Source of the DNA: a virus
DNA: 64,000 nt
Strand: one strand, 5' to 3'
IMG/VR virus record: IMGVR_UViG_3300048999_000192
Location: 32,001 to 96,000 of that record
Positions within the stretch are counted from its first letter, which is position 1. Every line of letters starts with the position of its first letter. The notes beneath the pieces were generated by a model. That model had not been told where the DNA came from and did not search any database. It saw only the letters and a list, made by a program, of their open reading frames with translations. Below are positions 28,085 through 38,885 of the stretch, piece after piece. The position numbers were made by a program, and so were the translations under genes.

Positions 28085-28528
28085 ATGAACCGCTTCATCC
28101 GCACGGGCCTGGCGGCGTCGTTGACGCTGCCCCTGCTCACCGGCTGCTACTTCGCCCACAAGAGCGACGCCGACAAGGGCGGCGATGACCCGGCGCTCAA
28201 CGCGCCGACCTCCTCGGCGACCAGCACGGCCATCCCGGAGGGCGGCGGCGACGTCGACACGCTCTGGGGCAAGATGAAGGACCCCGCGCCGTTCCTCGCC
28301 TACATGCACGCCAACGAGCAGCCCTATCTCGACTCCCTGACGGACAACTCGATCATGCAGGACGGGTACGTCGAGAACTACGCCTACATCGCGTGTGAGG
28401 ACCTGCGGAAGGGCAAGACGGTGGCGCAGACGGCCGCCGACGCCAAGGACGTCCCGGAGCTCGTCCGCATCACCAACATCATGATCAGGTTCATCTGCCC
28501 CGACCAGAAGGCCAAGATCACCTCCTGA
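28085..28528 (+). CDS. Lipoprotein, DUF732-like
   Basis: Signal peptide with lipobox LLTGC; ACEDLRKG...FICP Cys pair. Confidence 0.65.
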   Translation: MNRFIRTGLAASLTLPLLTGCYFAHKSDADKGGDDPALNAPTSSATSTAIPEGGGDVDTLWGKMKDPAPFLAYMHANEQPYLDSLTDNSIMQDGYVENYAYIACEDLRKGKTVAQTAADAKDVPELVRITNIMIRFICPDQKAKITS

Positions 28529-28539
28529 TCCGGCTCGAC

Positions 28540-28577
28540 TGCAGGCCCTGCCCTCCCGTCATGGGGCAGGGCCTGCA
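28540..28577 (+). terminator. Hairpin terminator
   Basis: TGCAGGCCCTGCCC / GGGCAGGGCCTGCA. Confidence 0.7.
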
Positions 28578-28592
28578 ATATGTCCGAATCAC

Positions 28593-28621
28593 TTCCACTC
28601 CAAGAAATCCTGGAGTACTGT
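28593..28621 (+). promoter_or_regulatory. Promoter with spacer palindrome
   Basis: TTCCAC-N17(TCCAAGAAATCCTGGAG)-TACTGT. Confidence 0.75.
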
Positions 28622-28646
28622 GGCTAGCAGTCACGAGGGAGTGCAC

Positions 28647-29606
28647 ATGAATCAGCAGGAGTTCGTCGAGGCCGTACGCGATGGTCTCGCCGAAGCCGGG
28701 ATCGAAGTCCAGATGATCAACGGGGCGACCCCCATGATGGTCCTGGCCGTCGAGCCCGACGTGCAGGTGATCTGCTTCGGCCACCCCCGGTATCCCGGGA
28801 AGCGCTCGAACCAGTTCGAGGTCTGCCTGCGCGACCATGGCCGCAACCGGGCGCTCGACTGGATCGACGAGGTCGCCGACCAGATCACCGGAGCCGTCAA
28901 GGCCGTCATCGACGCCATCACCCCCACCGCCCCGAAGGAGTAGTCCATGGCCACCGTGAAGCTGTTCGCCGCCTCGAACACCTGGGCCCCCGGCGACGAC
29001 GCCGCCCGGATGGCCGGTGTACCCAAGCACGCCATCGGCAGCAACTGCATGAACGTCTACGTGCAGGCCTACACCAAGGCCGAGGCCAAGGAGATGCTGA
29101 CCGGCTTCGGCGTGACCGAGGGCCGGGCGGAGAACATCGTCAAGGAGCTGCGCGTCAACAAGGGCCCTCTGCCGCACAGCATCGTCAAGCTGCGCGAGGT
29201 CGGTCTGGTCGGCGAGCGTGAGCGTGGTGTCTGGGCCTACTACGAGTTCAACGCGGGCTCGCCCGTCCTGGAGCTCACCAAGACCGGGCCGAAGATCGTT
29301 GCCAACGTGCAGCTCTGGACCCCTTCCGAGCCGCTCAACGTCGAGCCGGTCAACACCGGTCCGTACCGGCTGAACTGGCGGAGCGACCCGTCCATGTTCA
29401 ACCGGCCGACCGGCTTCTTGAACGGCCTGCCGATGTTCCGGATCGAGGACTCCTACCCGAACCGGGGCTACCAGCTCGTGACGAACCTGCCCGGCTGGGG
29501 CCAGAAGAAGTGGGACTGCCGCAACCACATCCACGCCTACCAGACGGCTGACCGGCTGATCCAGTCCTACCTGGACCGGCTGGGCGCGGCCTTCATCGAA
29601 GGCTGA
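28647..29606 (+). CDS. Two hypothetical genes (28647-28943, 28947-29606)
   Basis: RBS present; operon behind the promoter. Confidence 0.65.
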
Positions 29607-29620
29607 TACCGTCCATCGCC

Positions 29621-29713
29621 TGAGACCCGACCGCCCCGGAGCGCGGTCGGGTCTCAATCATTTTAAAATCATTGCTGAAAGTGCTTCCCTCCCTAGAATC
29701 CTTGGAGTAGAGT
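29621..29713 (+). promoter_or_regulatory. Terminator + AT tract + promoter cassette
   Basis: TGAGACCCGACCGC/GCGGTCGGGTCTCA, ATCATTTTAAAATCAT, CCTAGAATCCTTGGAG-TAGAGT. Confidence 0.8.
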
Positions 29714-29748
29714 GGCCTTATCGCCACCAAGGGAAGGGAATCCCCCAG

Positions 29749-30600
29749 ATGAGCACGAACCGAAACCTCTCCGCCCCCCGTAACGAGTTCGACCTGGGCC
29801 GCCCGCTCGCCACCCGCACCGGCAAGGTCATCCACCGGCTGGCGCGAGTGCACGAGGACCGGGGCCTGGCCGAGACGAGCTGCACCAAGTTCCTCCCGGC
29901 GATGCAGCCCACGCTCGTCACCCGGACCGACCGCAAGGGCCGCTGGGGCGTCCTGCTCGGTGGCGGTGTCGTCCCGACCTGCCCCGCTTGCCTGGCCGCC
30001 CACCACGCGGCGATCGGGGCGGCGCGCGAGGAGAGCCCCCGGGAAATCGCCCTGGCGAACATCTCCTCCGCCCCGGCCACCCAGGCGGGCCACGACGAGC
30101 TCACCCGGGTGTACGGCCAGAAGGACCCCCAGACCGCCAAGGTCGGTGACCTCGTCTACGGCTACTCGCGCGGTGCCTACCGCCGGGGAGTGGTCATCAA
30201 GGTCACCCCGACCAAGGTCGAGATGTTCTACACCACCGACGGCGCGGTCAAGGACGCCCAGCGCATCTTCGAGTCGATCTCCTCGATCGTCCCCGCCAAG
30301 AGCGCCAAGTTCGCGGCCGAGAGCGCCTCGCGCAACTACGCCCACTACCGCAAGACGGCCGCCGAGTACCAGCGGCGCGTGGACGGCGGCGAGCCCTACG
30401 AGGCGCTGAGGAGCTTCGAGCAGACCGACTTCGCCAACATCAAGGCGCTGCTGGAGGAGACCCGCGAGGACTACATCGCCCGCAATGCCACCGAGGCCTT
30501 CGAGAAGGCCTCGGCCAAGCTGGAGAACAACAAGAGCTACCGCCAGTACGTGCACTGCACCACCAAGGCCGTCAAGAAGAGCGATATCTACCTCGTCTGA
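29749..30600 (+). CDS. Hypothetical protein
   Basis: 283-aa ORF, H..C..CPAC motif. Confidence 0.7.
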   Translation: MSTNRNLSAPRNEFDLGRPLATRTGKVIHRLARVHEDRGLAETSCTKFLPAMQPTLVTRTDRKGRWGVLLGGGVVPTCPACLAAHHAAIGAAREESPREIALANISSAPATQAGHDELTRVYGQKDPQTAKVGDLVYGYSRGAYRRGVVIKVTPTKVEMFYTTDGAVKDAQRIFESISSIVPAKSAKFAAESASRNYAHYRKTAAEYQRRVDGGEPYEALRSFEQTDFANIKALLEETREDYIARNATEAFEKASAKLENNKSYRQYVHCTTKAVKKSDIYLV

Positions 30601-30746
30601 CCGGCCTGGCCGCCCCCACCCCGGGGCGGCCCCACCCCTGGAGCTCCTGAATGACTCTCAACGAAGCCGGGTGGGCCCTCGTGGCCTGTCTCTACCTCTG
30701 CCTCTACCTCTTCATTTCCGCATCGTTCTACCGGAAGTAGGACAAC

Positions 30747-31853
30747 ATGAACCGCAAGGCCTCCGCTGCCCGCCACGCCGCCCGCATCACGCGAGAGCTG
30801 CGCCGCCTCTTCCCCGACGCCGAGCTGCAGTACGAGCGCGAGTGCATCTCCACCAAGGTCTTCCGTCTCGCCGACTGGAGCTACACCCTGCGGGTCACCT
30901 GGGCGCGGCTGGACACCCGCGACGGTGCCAAGGTGCTGAACGTCCTGAAGGGGCTCGTCGAGAACAGCTCGGACACCCACCTCGCTCGCTACAGCCACTT
31001 CGACGCCGACGTGGAGGTCACCGACGTCTTCGATGACGACCCGGAGTCCCAGATCGAGGTGGCCGCCGAGAAGCGCCTGCGGGAGACCGAGGCGGCCTTC
31101 GACGCCTCCCATCCGGAGCTCCCGTCCTACCAGGAGGCGGGTGAGGTCGAGATCCTCCTGATGCCCCACGAGATCCTCGGCATGCTCGACGGGAGCCGCA
31201 TCGGCGTCCAGGAGATCGGCGAGAGGCGGGCGTACGCCCGGATGATCACCGCCGATGAGTACGTGGCCTGGATGCACCGCGAGCAGGCCAGGTGCGAGGC
31301 CGACGGCCGCCACTTCCCCGAGCAGCCGACCGGCTGGGAGGCCGACATGCGGCGCAAGCTCACCCCGCTCTCGACCGAGATGGTCAACCGGCTCCTGAAC
31401 CCCAACCGCCGCCCCTTCTGACGAGGAGAGATCATGACGTTCGAACGCAAGACCGGCATCTGGTGTGACTTCAACGACCACGAGCAGGAGATGTTCGCTC
31501 AGATCCTGGACCTGGCCGAAAGCAACGTCGAGCAGGCGCATGGCCCTCAGGCGCGGCTGGAGCTGCTGATGATGACCGGTGAACTGCGCCGGGTCTTCCA
31601 GCTCAAGCGTGAGCCCTGGATCGCCGAGGACATCCGCGCCCAGATCGCCGACCACCGCCGCTCTCACCACGTCAGCAATAAGATCGTCCGCTGCGCCCGG
31701 GACGGCTGCGGTGAGGTCCAGGAGGCCACGGCCGCCCTGAGCGCCTGGCGGATGGCGCGGACGCAGGAGTGGAAGCTCAACGCCCCGGGCAACGAGACCT
31801 CCACCGACCTGCTCTGCCCTGAGCACGCCGAGGAGCTCGGCAAGACCCAGTAG
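30747..31853 (+). CDS. Two hypothetical genes (30747-31421, 31434-31853)
   Basis: RBS present; typical codon usage. Confidence 0.65.
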
Positions 31854-31942
31854 GCTGCCCTCAGGTGTAGGCCTGGGGACGAGGGGCCCGGTTCGCTTCG
31901 GCGGCCGGGCTCTTCGCATTCAGACTCTTTTCAGACAAGCGA

Positions 31943-31971
31943 TTGACTCCAAGGATTCTTGGCAGTACCTT
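31943..31971 (+). promoter_or_regulatory. Promoter with spacer palindrome
   Basis: TTGACT-N17(CCAAGGATTCTTGGCAG)-TACCTT. Confidence 0.75.
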
Positions 31972-32030
31972 CCCTCTTGTCTCGATCGCGGTCAGATCGT
32001 CACATCTTGTTCCCGAACCGAAGGACGAAC

Positions 32031-32792
32031 ATGATCCTCAAGCGCGTCGCGGTAGGCCTGCTGGCCGTCGCTGGGCTGCTGAGCCTCACCACGGGCGTCT
32101 CGTGGTCGAGCACGAGCCACACCACCCCCGCCCACGTCAGGTGCAATGCCGACTGGTACCAGAACCCCGACGAGACCACCCGCAAGCCGGTTCAGAAGCC
32201 GGGCGGCCTGGAGTTCAGCGACACCGACCTGGTCCACCACAAGGTCTACGGCCTGACCGTGGAGCACCTGCACCCCGGCTCGTACTTCGCCTTCCCGGCC
32301 CCGGGCCAGCCCTCGTTCTTCTCGGTCGAGGTCTCCGGCACCGACGGCGGCTATGCCACGCTCCGCTGGAACCCCAGCGCCCACAAGTGGGAGATGACGA
32401 CCGGCGGCCAGTTCTACACCGCCTACACCCCGGCCGCCCTCGTGGACAAGGTCACCCCGCACAAGAGCCACACCGTGGTCTCCTTCGGTGTGGGCTTCAC
32501 CGCCAATCCGCCGGGCACCGTGCACACGCTGGTCCGCTCCGTGGTGTTCAACCACCATGTCTACTCGCTGGGTTGCAAGCCGATCCACCCGAAGCCGCGC
32601 CCCTGCGTGACCAAGACGGCGACCCCGCTGCACACCACCAGCCGCGAGCGCTGGTGCAAGCCGACCTACACGCACTCGCCGACGCCGACGCCCACGGAGA
32701 CCGTCCCGGTCCCCACTCCGACTGAGACCGTCCCGCCGGGCGAGGCCCCCGTGCCGGTCCCGGTGAACAGCGACCTGCCGGTCACCGGCTGA
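32031..32792 (+). CDS. Secreted protein with Pro/Thr linker ending in LPVTG
   Basis: Sec signal peptide, PT repeats, sortase-like LPxTG followed directly by the stop codon. Confidence 0.7.
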   Translation: MILKRVAVGLLAVAGLLSLTTGVSWSSTSHTTPAHVRCNADWYQNPDETTRKPVQKPGGLEFSDTDLVHHKVYGLTVEHLHPGSYFAFPAPGQPSFFSVEVSGTDGGYATLRWNPSAHKWEMTTGGQFYTAYTPAALVDKVTPHKSHTVVSFGVGFTANPPGTVHTLVRSVVFNHHVYSLGCKPIHPKPRPCVTKTATPLHTTSRERWCKPTYTHSPTPTPTETVPVPTPTETVPPGEAPVPVPVNSDLPVTG

Positions 32793-32807
32793 TCTCCTGA
32801 TGCGCAG

Positions 32808-32886
32808 AGGGCCCGGCTCCTGGTGAGCCGGGCCCTTTTGCATTGGCGTGTCGCATTTGCTCTCCCCAGAATCCTGTGAGTAGGCT
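32808..32886 (+). promoter_or_regulatory. Terminator + promoter
   Basis: AGGGCCCGGCTC/GAGCCGGGCCCT-TTT; TTGCTC-N18-TAGGCT. Confidence 0.7.
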
Positions 32887-32894
32887 CCTCCTTC

Positions 32895-33419
32895 ATGACC
32901 GAGATCCTCCCGGCCGTTCCTGAGCTCCCCCGTACGTCCCGCTGGTGGTGGCAGCCGCTCTGGCACCGGCACCCGATCCGCTTCGCCCTCGTCGTGCTTC
33001 TGGTGGTCGCTGGCGGCGTCGCCTGGGGCCTGCCCGCCGGACTGGCGCTGCGCAGCGTGGTCTTCCCGCCCAAGCCCCCGGCCGTGGTCACTCCCGCGCC
33101 GACGACGCCCTCCCCGACCCCCACGCACACCCGCAGGCGGCGCACGTACGCCCCTCAGCCGGTCTACACGCCCCCGCCGACCTTCCACCCCACCCCGACG
33201 CCCACGAGGCCGCACACGCCCTCTCCGCGCCCCACGCACACCAAGAAGAGCTCTCCGCCGCCTCCAGACCCCTCGGTCCCCATTTGCGGCAGTACCCCGC
33301 TGCCGCCCTGTGAGCCGACACAAGGCGGCCACACGACTCCTGACGAGAAGAAGTCGACCGAACACGCCGCGTCAGCGCCTACCAAGAATTCCTGGAGCCT
33401 GCTAGCCTGGCTGCTGTGA
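32895..33419 (+). CDS. Membrane-anchored Pro-rich protein
   Basis: One TM helix followed by a P/T-rich tail. Confidence 0.6.
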   Translation: MTEILPAVPELPRTSRWWWQPLWHRHPIRFALVVLLVVAGGVAWGLPAGLALRSVVFPPKPPAVVTPAPTTPSPTPTHTRRRRTYAPQPVYTPPPTFHPTPTPTRPHTPSPRPTHTKKSSPPPPDPSVPICGSTPLPPCEPTQGGHTTPDEKKSTEHAASAPTKNSWSLLAWLL

Positions 33420-33442
33420 CAAACTCTCCCGAAAGGACGCCG

Positions 33443-34003
33443 ATGAAGCCGATCGCCTTTCTCGACGTCGATGGCCCCTTGAACGTGTACGGGGCCGCGA
33501 AGAACAAGACCCACCTGCTCTCCCGTGAGGTCGAGATCAGGGGTCGCGCCTACCGTGTCCGACTCGACTCCGGCCATGCCGGACTGGTCAAGCAGCTCGC
33601 CGACGCGGGCTTCGAGCTGGTCTGGGGCACCCTCTGGGAGGACGCCGCCAACGATCACCTGCTGGAGCACCTCGGCCTGGCCGGTGTGCTGCCGGTGGTG
33701 CCGTTCAGCGCCGAGTACGAGATGCAGCTTGACCTGCCCGTCCCGCTCTCTCGCAAGGGCCTGAAGTTCAGCCAGCTCGACCCCTGGTGCACCAAGGCCC
33801 CCGCCGTCCTGCGGTACGCCGCCGACCGGCCGTTCGTGTGGTTCGACGACGACTTCCTCTCGTGCGATGTCGACTGGGCTCACACCCGCTCCGAGGCGGG
33901 CGTCCCCACCAAGCTGGTCCCCGTCGGCGAGGACGAGGGACTGCAGCCCACTCACATCTACGCCGCGCTCGACTGGCTGGCCGACCTGAACTCCTCGAAC
34001 TGA
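33443..34003 (+). CDS. HAD-superfamily phosphatase (RNA-repair 'Swiss Army Knife' type)
   Basis: FLDVDGPLN, WGTLW, RPFVWFDDD. Confidence 0.8.
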   Translation: MKPIAFLDVDGPLNVYGAAKNKTHLLSREVEIRGRAYRVRLDSGHAGLVKQLADAGFELVWGTLWEDAANDHLLEHLGLAGVLPVVPFSAEYEMQLDLPVPLSRKGLKFSQLDPWCTKAPAVLRYAADRPFVWFDDDFLSCDVDWAHTRSEAGVPTKLVPVGEDEGLQPTHIYAALDWLADLNSSN

Positions 34004-34603
34004 ATGCTCGACCCCGCACGCAAGGTGAGGACCATGACGGAAGATTTCGCAAGCTGGACCAAGGGCCGCCACCGCCGGGCCACCGACGGTGAGCCGCGCA
34101 TCCAGCGGCTGGCCAACCTGGCCGTGAGGGAGGCCGACAATCCCGAGGGGCCCACGATCACCGAGCTGCGCGACGGGCTGCGCGGTGTCCGCAGGAAGCT
34201 GGAGGCCACCTCCCAGGAGGTCGACGAGGCCCTGTGGCAGGAGTGGGACCAGGGGAAGGCCCGCAAGGCGGTCGCGGGGCTGGCCGACCTCCTGGGCTAC
34301 CTGCAGGGGGCGGTGCCGCCCGCTCCCGACAACGAGTAGAGGCCAGGGCCGGGGCGAGTCCCCGGCCCTTAGTCTGTCTCCCCAAGGAAACCAAGGAGCG
34401 AAGTGAAGAACCCGTTCAAGCGCGAGGGTAAGCATCAGGCGCGAGGCAAGCATGAGCAGGGCAACCCAGCCCACCAGCCCAAGGACTGCCCTCAGGACGC
34501 CAGCAAGGCCAGCCGCCGGGCAGGCAGGCAAGGGCTGACGCACTACACCTGCACCACCTGCGGCACGACCTGGAGTGTCTCCCCGCCGCCGCCGATCGAA
34601 TAG
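34004..34603 (+). CDS. Two hypothetical genes (34004-34339, 34403-34603)
   Basis: Short ORFs; the second has CTTC. Confidence 0.5.
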
Positions 34604-34622
34604 AACAAGTAGGACAGACTGG

Positions 34623-34652
34623 TTGCCCTACCAAGGAATCTTGGAGTAAAGT
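34623..34652 (+). promoter_or_regulatory. Promoter with spacer palindrome
   Basis: TTGCCC-N18(TACCAAGGAATCTTGGAG)-TAAAGT. Confidence 0.75.
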
Positions 34653-34686
34653 ACCTACATCGCAACGTTCAAGAGAGGGGGCCAGG

Positions 34687-35319
34687 ATGCCCGAAGCAAT
34701 CGAAGGCCTCTGCGACACCTGCTCCAAGGTGCTGCCCGCCCGCACGATGTCGGAGTACACCGTCAGCCGTGCTGAGCGCATCGTCGAGCACGGCCTGTGC
34801 ATCTGCCTGCCCGGCGAGGGAGGCCTGGGCTACCTGGCCCCTGACACCCGCGAGATCTACCTGGAGCTCCAGCGTGAGCTGGAGGCCACCGACCCCTCGA
34901 TCCCGATCGACGAGATCGGTGAGGCCGCTGCGGCGATCGAGGCCAACAACGAGAACATCGTGAGGGTGGCCATGACCATGCCGCCTCTCATCGGCAAGCC
35001 GCCGACGACCATCGACGGCGTCGTGGTCGAGCCTGGACCGCTGCACGTGCTGACCCCCCTCGAAGAGGATGCCCAGATCGGCATCTACGTGATCGGCTCC
35101 GACGGCACGGACCCGCACGGCATCCCCGCGATCGGTGCTGGCATGCCGGAGGAGCTGTGGGGCCACACGCCGGTGCCCGCCCGCCCGCCGGACGCTCCCC
35201 CGATCGACGAGACCAAGACCCTGCCCCGTATCGGCCCGCGCGGTGTTCCCGAAGAGCCCGTGTTCCCCGTACGGCGGCAGCAGCCGACGCGCAAGCCCCG
35301 CCGGAAGCGCAAGCGCTGA
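34687..35319 (+). CDS. Hypothetical protein with a basic C-terminal tail
   Basis: CDTC..CIC; ends RKPRRKRKR. Confidence 0.65.
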   Translation: MPEAIEGLCDTCSKVLPARTMSEYTVSRAERIVEHGLCICLPGEGGLGYLAPDTREIYLELQRELEATDPSIPIDEIGEAAAAIEANNENIVRVAMTMPPLIGKPPTTIDGVVVEPGPLHVLTPLEEDAQIGIYVIGSDGTDPHGIPAIGAGMPEELWGHTPVPARPPDAPPIDETKTLPRIGPRGVPEEPVFPVRRQQPTRKPRRKRKR

Positions 35320-35480
35320 CCCGTACTGCCCCGACCTCATCGCCACGAGGAGACGAGCATGCAACCCCTGAAGAACCCTGGCCGCTACAAGGCCACTGCC
35401 CTGATCATCCTCATCACCATCGCCATGACGCTCGAAGTCGCCAACGGCGCGGTGTGGGCCTCCATCCTGGGGGCCCGCTG

Positions 35481-35702
35481 ATGGCCGGGGGCAACCAGTG
35501 GCAACGCGAGATGAACAAGGTCATCCGTGAGGCCCGCAAGCAGGGCATGACGGCCGTGAAGGTCCAGAACGGCCACTGGCAGGTGACCGCCGCCGACGGC
35601 AAGCGGTCCATCCAGGTGGCCTCCACACCCGTCGGACGCGGGCTGCTGAACATCATCGCCCGGATGCGGCGTGAGCTGGACTTTGTCTGGAGAGGCCACT
35701 GA
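35481..35702 (+). CDS. HicA-like protein
   Basis: IREARKQGMTAVKVQNGHWQVT..VASTP..RMRR (GH motif, dsRBD-like size). Confidence 0.55.
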   Translation: MAGGNQWQREMNKVIREARKQGMTAVKVQNGHWQVTAADGKRSIQVASTPVGRGLLNIIARMRRELDFVWRGH

Positions 35703-35771
35703 TCGGCACTCAATCCGGGCATACTCGCCATCAAGGAAACTAGGGAATCAACTCGATCTTGGAGACCTGCC

Positions 35772-38080
35772 GTGACCGCTCTGCTGCTGGACGCGCCCCC
35801 CACCCTCGTTGACCCCTTCGACCCCCTGACCGACCCCCGATTCGCCGTCCCCACCCCCAACATCGGCTCCCCGATCTACGACGCCCTCAAGCGTGAGTGG
35901 GCGCGCCGTAACGAGCGCACCGAGCGCGTCGAGAACCGTCGCCAGTCCCGCCGCCGCCGGTGGATGCGCGCCAAGTTCATGGCGCTGATCGGCAGGCACC
36001 TGCCGACGCCGCAGGAGGAGCTGGACGCCAAGATCGCCAAATTCCTGAGAGAGGTCACGTGATCTCCGTAATCCCCGTGCTGGACTACCGGCACCCCGCG
36101 AACGGCGAGGCGGTCCGCGTCGTCGAGAGCCGTAACCCCGAAGGCCACAGCGTCGGGGGCTATGTCGCGCTGTCGATGGACGTCCAGGATCCCTCCAGCG
36201 GTGGCATCAGCGTGCTGGAGCTCCGCTTCAAGGACTCCGTCGCCATGTACGACTTCTTCTCCGGAGCCGGGCCGGTCGGCCAGGCCATCGTGCGTCACAA
36301 CGTCGAGATCGCCAACCGGCCGGTCAACATCGTCGAGCGTGCCTTCGAGGGCACCTTCGCCGACGACCGGGCGCGGGCCGAGATCATCGTCCGTGATCTG
36401 GTCGATGCGGGCCACCTGCCCAAGAAGGCCCTGGAGGACCTGTGAGCGATCCGATCGTCGAGCCGCACCACCTCAGTCTCGCGCCCCACGACATGCCGAA
36501 GATCACCCGCCTGCCGACCGGGCATATCGAGATCTCCCTGTACGGCACGTGGCACAACAGCAACGACCACTGGGGCGGCTACGCGCGGCTGCACATGACC
36601 GAGGCCGACCTGTACGACCTGATCCACCATCGCCTGCCCGAGGTCATGTCGAACTACTTCGAGAGCCGCGAGCCCAGGAACATCATCCTGGCCGCGCTGG
36701 ACGAGGCCAACGGGCCGGACAGCTCGCTGGACGACATGGCCAGCGCCGTGCTGGCCGCGCTGAAGAGCGCCGAGATGCTGACGGAGGGACAGGCATGACC
36801 ACCCCTCATGACAACACCCACCTGGTCTGGCGCATCCAGCGCGCCGGGGCCGAGGGCCTCGTGCTGCAGGGCCGTACGGCCATCGCCCAGACCTCGATCG
36901 TCGACCTGTACTTCCCCGACGAGGAGGAGCTGAACAACTGGCTGACCTTCACGGTGCCCTCCGCGCTGAGCCAGCGCCGCCGGGAGGACGCGGGGCCGGA
37001 CGAGGCCGCCAAGAGCGCCATCCGCCGCGCCGCCGGGAGGCTCGACCAGACGGCGACGCCGTCGGAGATCGCTGACGCGGTCGTGGAGGCCCTGAAGGAC
37101 TCCGGCCTGGTGCTGGCCCCCGTCGAGGTCGCTGCGGTCGCCACGGAGGCTCCTGAGCGTCACAAGGCCTCCCCCTTGCTCTCTCCCGCCATCGAGCCGC
37201 TCGATGACAAGCACTGCCCCGAACCGCACCCGCACAGCCAGCATCACTGGCACAACACGGTGCTGGGCGTCGACAGGATCTGTCCTGGCCTGGACGGGTA
37301 CCTGCTCCGTGGGGGCACGCTCGGCCTGTCCCAGCGCCTCGTCAACACCGAGGAGGACATCGACAAGGGCCGGTGGACCGACCCCGACGGGAACGTCTGG
37401 CGGATGACGATCAAGGGTGAGGGCCCGCCGCTGGAGGACAAGCTGGGTGACCTGTGGTCCTGGGCCGGGGGCTACACCTATCACGAGGGCTGGCCGTGGC
37501 CGCTGCTCTCCCGCAACGACCGCAGCGTGGAGGACATGAGCATGCGGACCGTCCAGAACAGCGTCGGCCCGCTGCACTACACCGATGAGGTGCTCGATGG
37601 CTGAGCCGATCCGCAACGATCTCGCGCCCGCGACCAATCCCTACCTGCGCGCTGTCGAGGCGGCGTTCTGCGAGGACTGGCCGTTGGTGGTGGAGATCCT
37701 GGGGGCCAAGACCCTCTTCGAGCTCGACATGTACGCGCACGCCCTCGCTCCGCTGCTGAGCACGGTGCGCGAGATGCAGATCGCCAAGGCCAGGGAGATG
37801 CTCAGTCGTGAGTGAACAGATCGAGTACTTCTACCTGCTCACCGTCGAGTGGAACGACATCGGCGCGCTGCGTCGCAGGACGTTCACCGACGTGATCTAC
37901 GAGCCTGCCGACGCCAGCCAGATGGACCTGTACTTCGCAGCGACCAAGGACGCGGAGGAGCGGTCCGAGCGCTACGAGGTCTATGACGGCAAGCCCGCTC
38001 CGAGGATGGTCGACGCCACGGTGATCTTCTGGACGTGCGTGCCGAACCGGCCCCCGCGCGAGGGCATCCAGCTCGTCTAA
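35772..38080 (+). CDS. Operon of hypothetical genes (35772-36062, 36059-36445, 36442-36798, 36795-37604, 37597-37815, 37808-38080)
   Basis: Overlapping start/stop codons, RBS present. Confidence 0.6.
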
Positions 38081-38084
38081 ATTT

Positions 38085-38116
38085 CTGGTCACTACTCCAA
38101 GGTTTCTTGGTATAGT
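38085..38116 (+). promoter_or_regulatory. Promoter with spacer palindrome
   Basis: TACTCCAAGGTTTCTTGG-TATAGT. Confidence 0.7.
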
Positions 38117-38148
38117 GACGGCATCATCTCTCCCCGAAGGAGACATAC

Positions 38149-38793
38149 GTGGACGATTACATGGGGTCGCCCGATAAGTGGCTGCGCCTGCTGGTGTCCG
38201 GGCACAACGTGCCTAAGGCGCTCGGCGAGGAGATCATCCTGGCCACCTTCCAGCCCGACCGCCTGCACCTGAACGACAAGGTCTGGGAGCGCTACATCGC
38301 CCGCACCCTCGAACTGGAGCTGGACGAGCACGGTTGGGTCAGCGAGGAGTCGGCCAAGCTCTACCGGGCGCGCGTCGGCGGGCTGGAGCTGCACTGGATG
38401 GGCAACGAGCAGATCGGCTCCTCCTGGATCGGCGGCCCGCATGGCTGGGTCGACTGGGACGGCAAGGTCGGCTGCGGCTCCTACAACCTGGGCAAGTACC
38501 CCAGCAACGATGAGATCACCGAGGACCTGAGGCTCATCGCCGCCCGCTGGCCGAGCCTGAAGCTGTGGGTCCAGGTCGTGGACTCCGAGGGCGAGGGGCC
38601 GGTGTCGGGTGAGTGGAAGGTCGAGGGCGGCAAGGCCGAGCGGTTCAAGAACATGAACTACCGGCACGTCACGCCGAAGATCGAGCTCGATGGCCACGCT
38701 GCCGTACTGGGGATCTACCGCCCCGATCGTGAGCGTGGCGTCGAGGCGGCGGCTCTGCTGGCGGCGTACCGGCGCGTGAGGCTCGACCGGTGA
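38149..38793 (+). CDS. Hypothetical protein
   Basis: AAGGAG RBS; GGPHGWVDWDG..YNLGKYPS. Confidence 0.7.
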   Translation: MDDYMGSPDKWLRLLVSGHNVPKALGEEIILATFQPDRLHLNDKVWERYIARTLELELDEHGWVSEESAKLYRARVGGLELHWMGNEQIGSSWIGGPHGWVDWDGKVGCGSYNLGKYPSNDEITEDLRLIAARWPSLKLWVQVVDSEGEGPVSGEWKVEGGKAERFKNMNYRHVTPKIELDGHAAVLGIYRPDRERGVEAAALLAAYRRVRLDR

Positions 38794-38885
38794 TCAAGTT
38801 CATCATCGAGTGGCGCAAGACCGCCCGGAGCCAGGGCAACAGCAACTGCGTCGAAGTGGCCATGGTGGAGGCGAACAGGTCGTGA
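38790..38885 (+). CDS. Truncated DUF397-like peptide (31 aa)
   Basis: WRKTARSQGNSNCVEVA matches the DUF397 WRKSxxS..NCVEVA motif; GTGA-coupled at both ends. Confidence 0.7.
   Translation: MIKFIIEWRKTARSQGNSNCVEVAMVEANRS

Noticed and set aside
30690-30712. Short TCTACCTCT duplication, and the Pro/Thr codon repeats at 32670-33240
   Set aside because: Too short to be meaningful, or explained by low-complexity protein linkers
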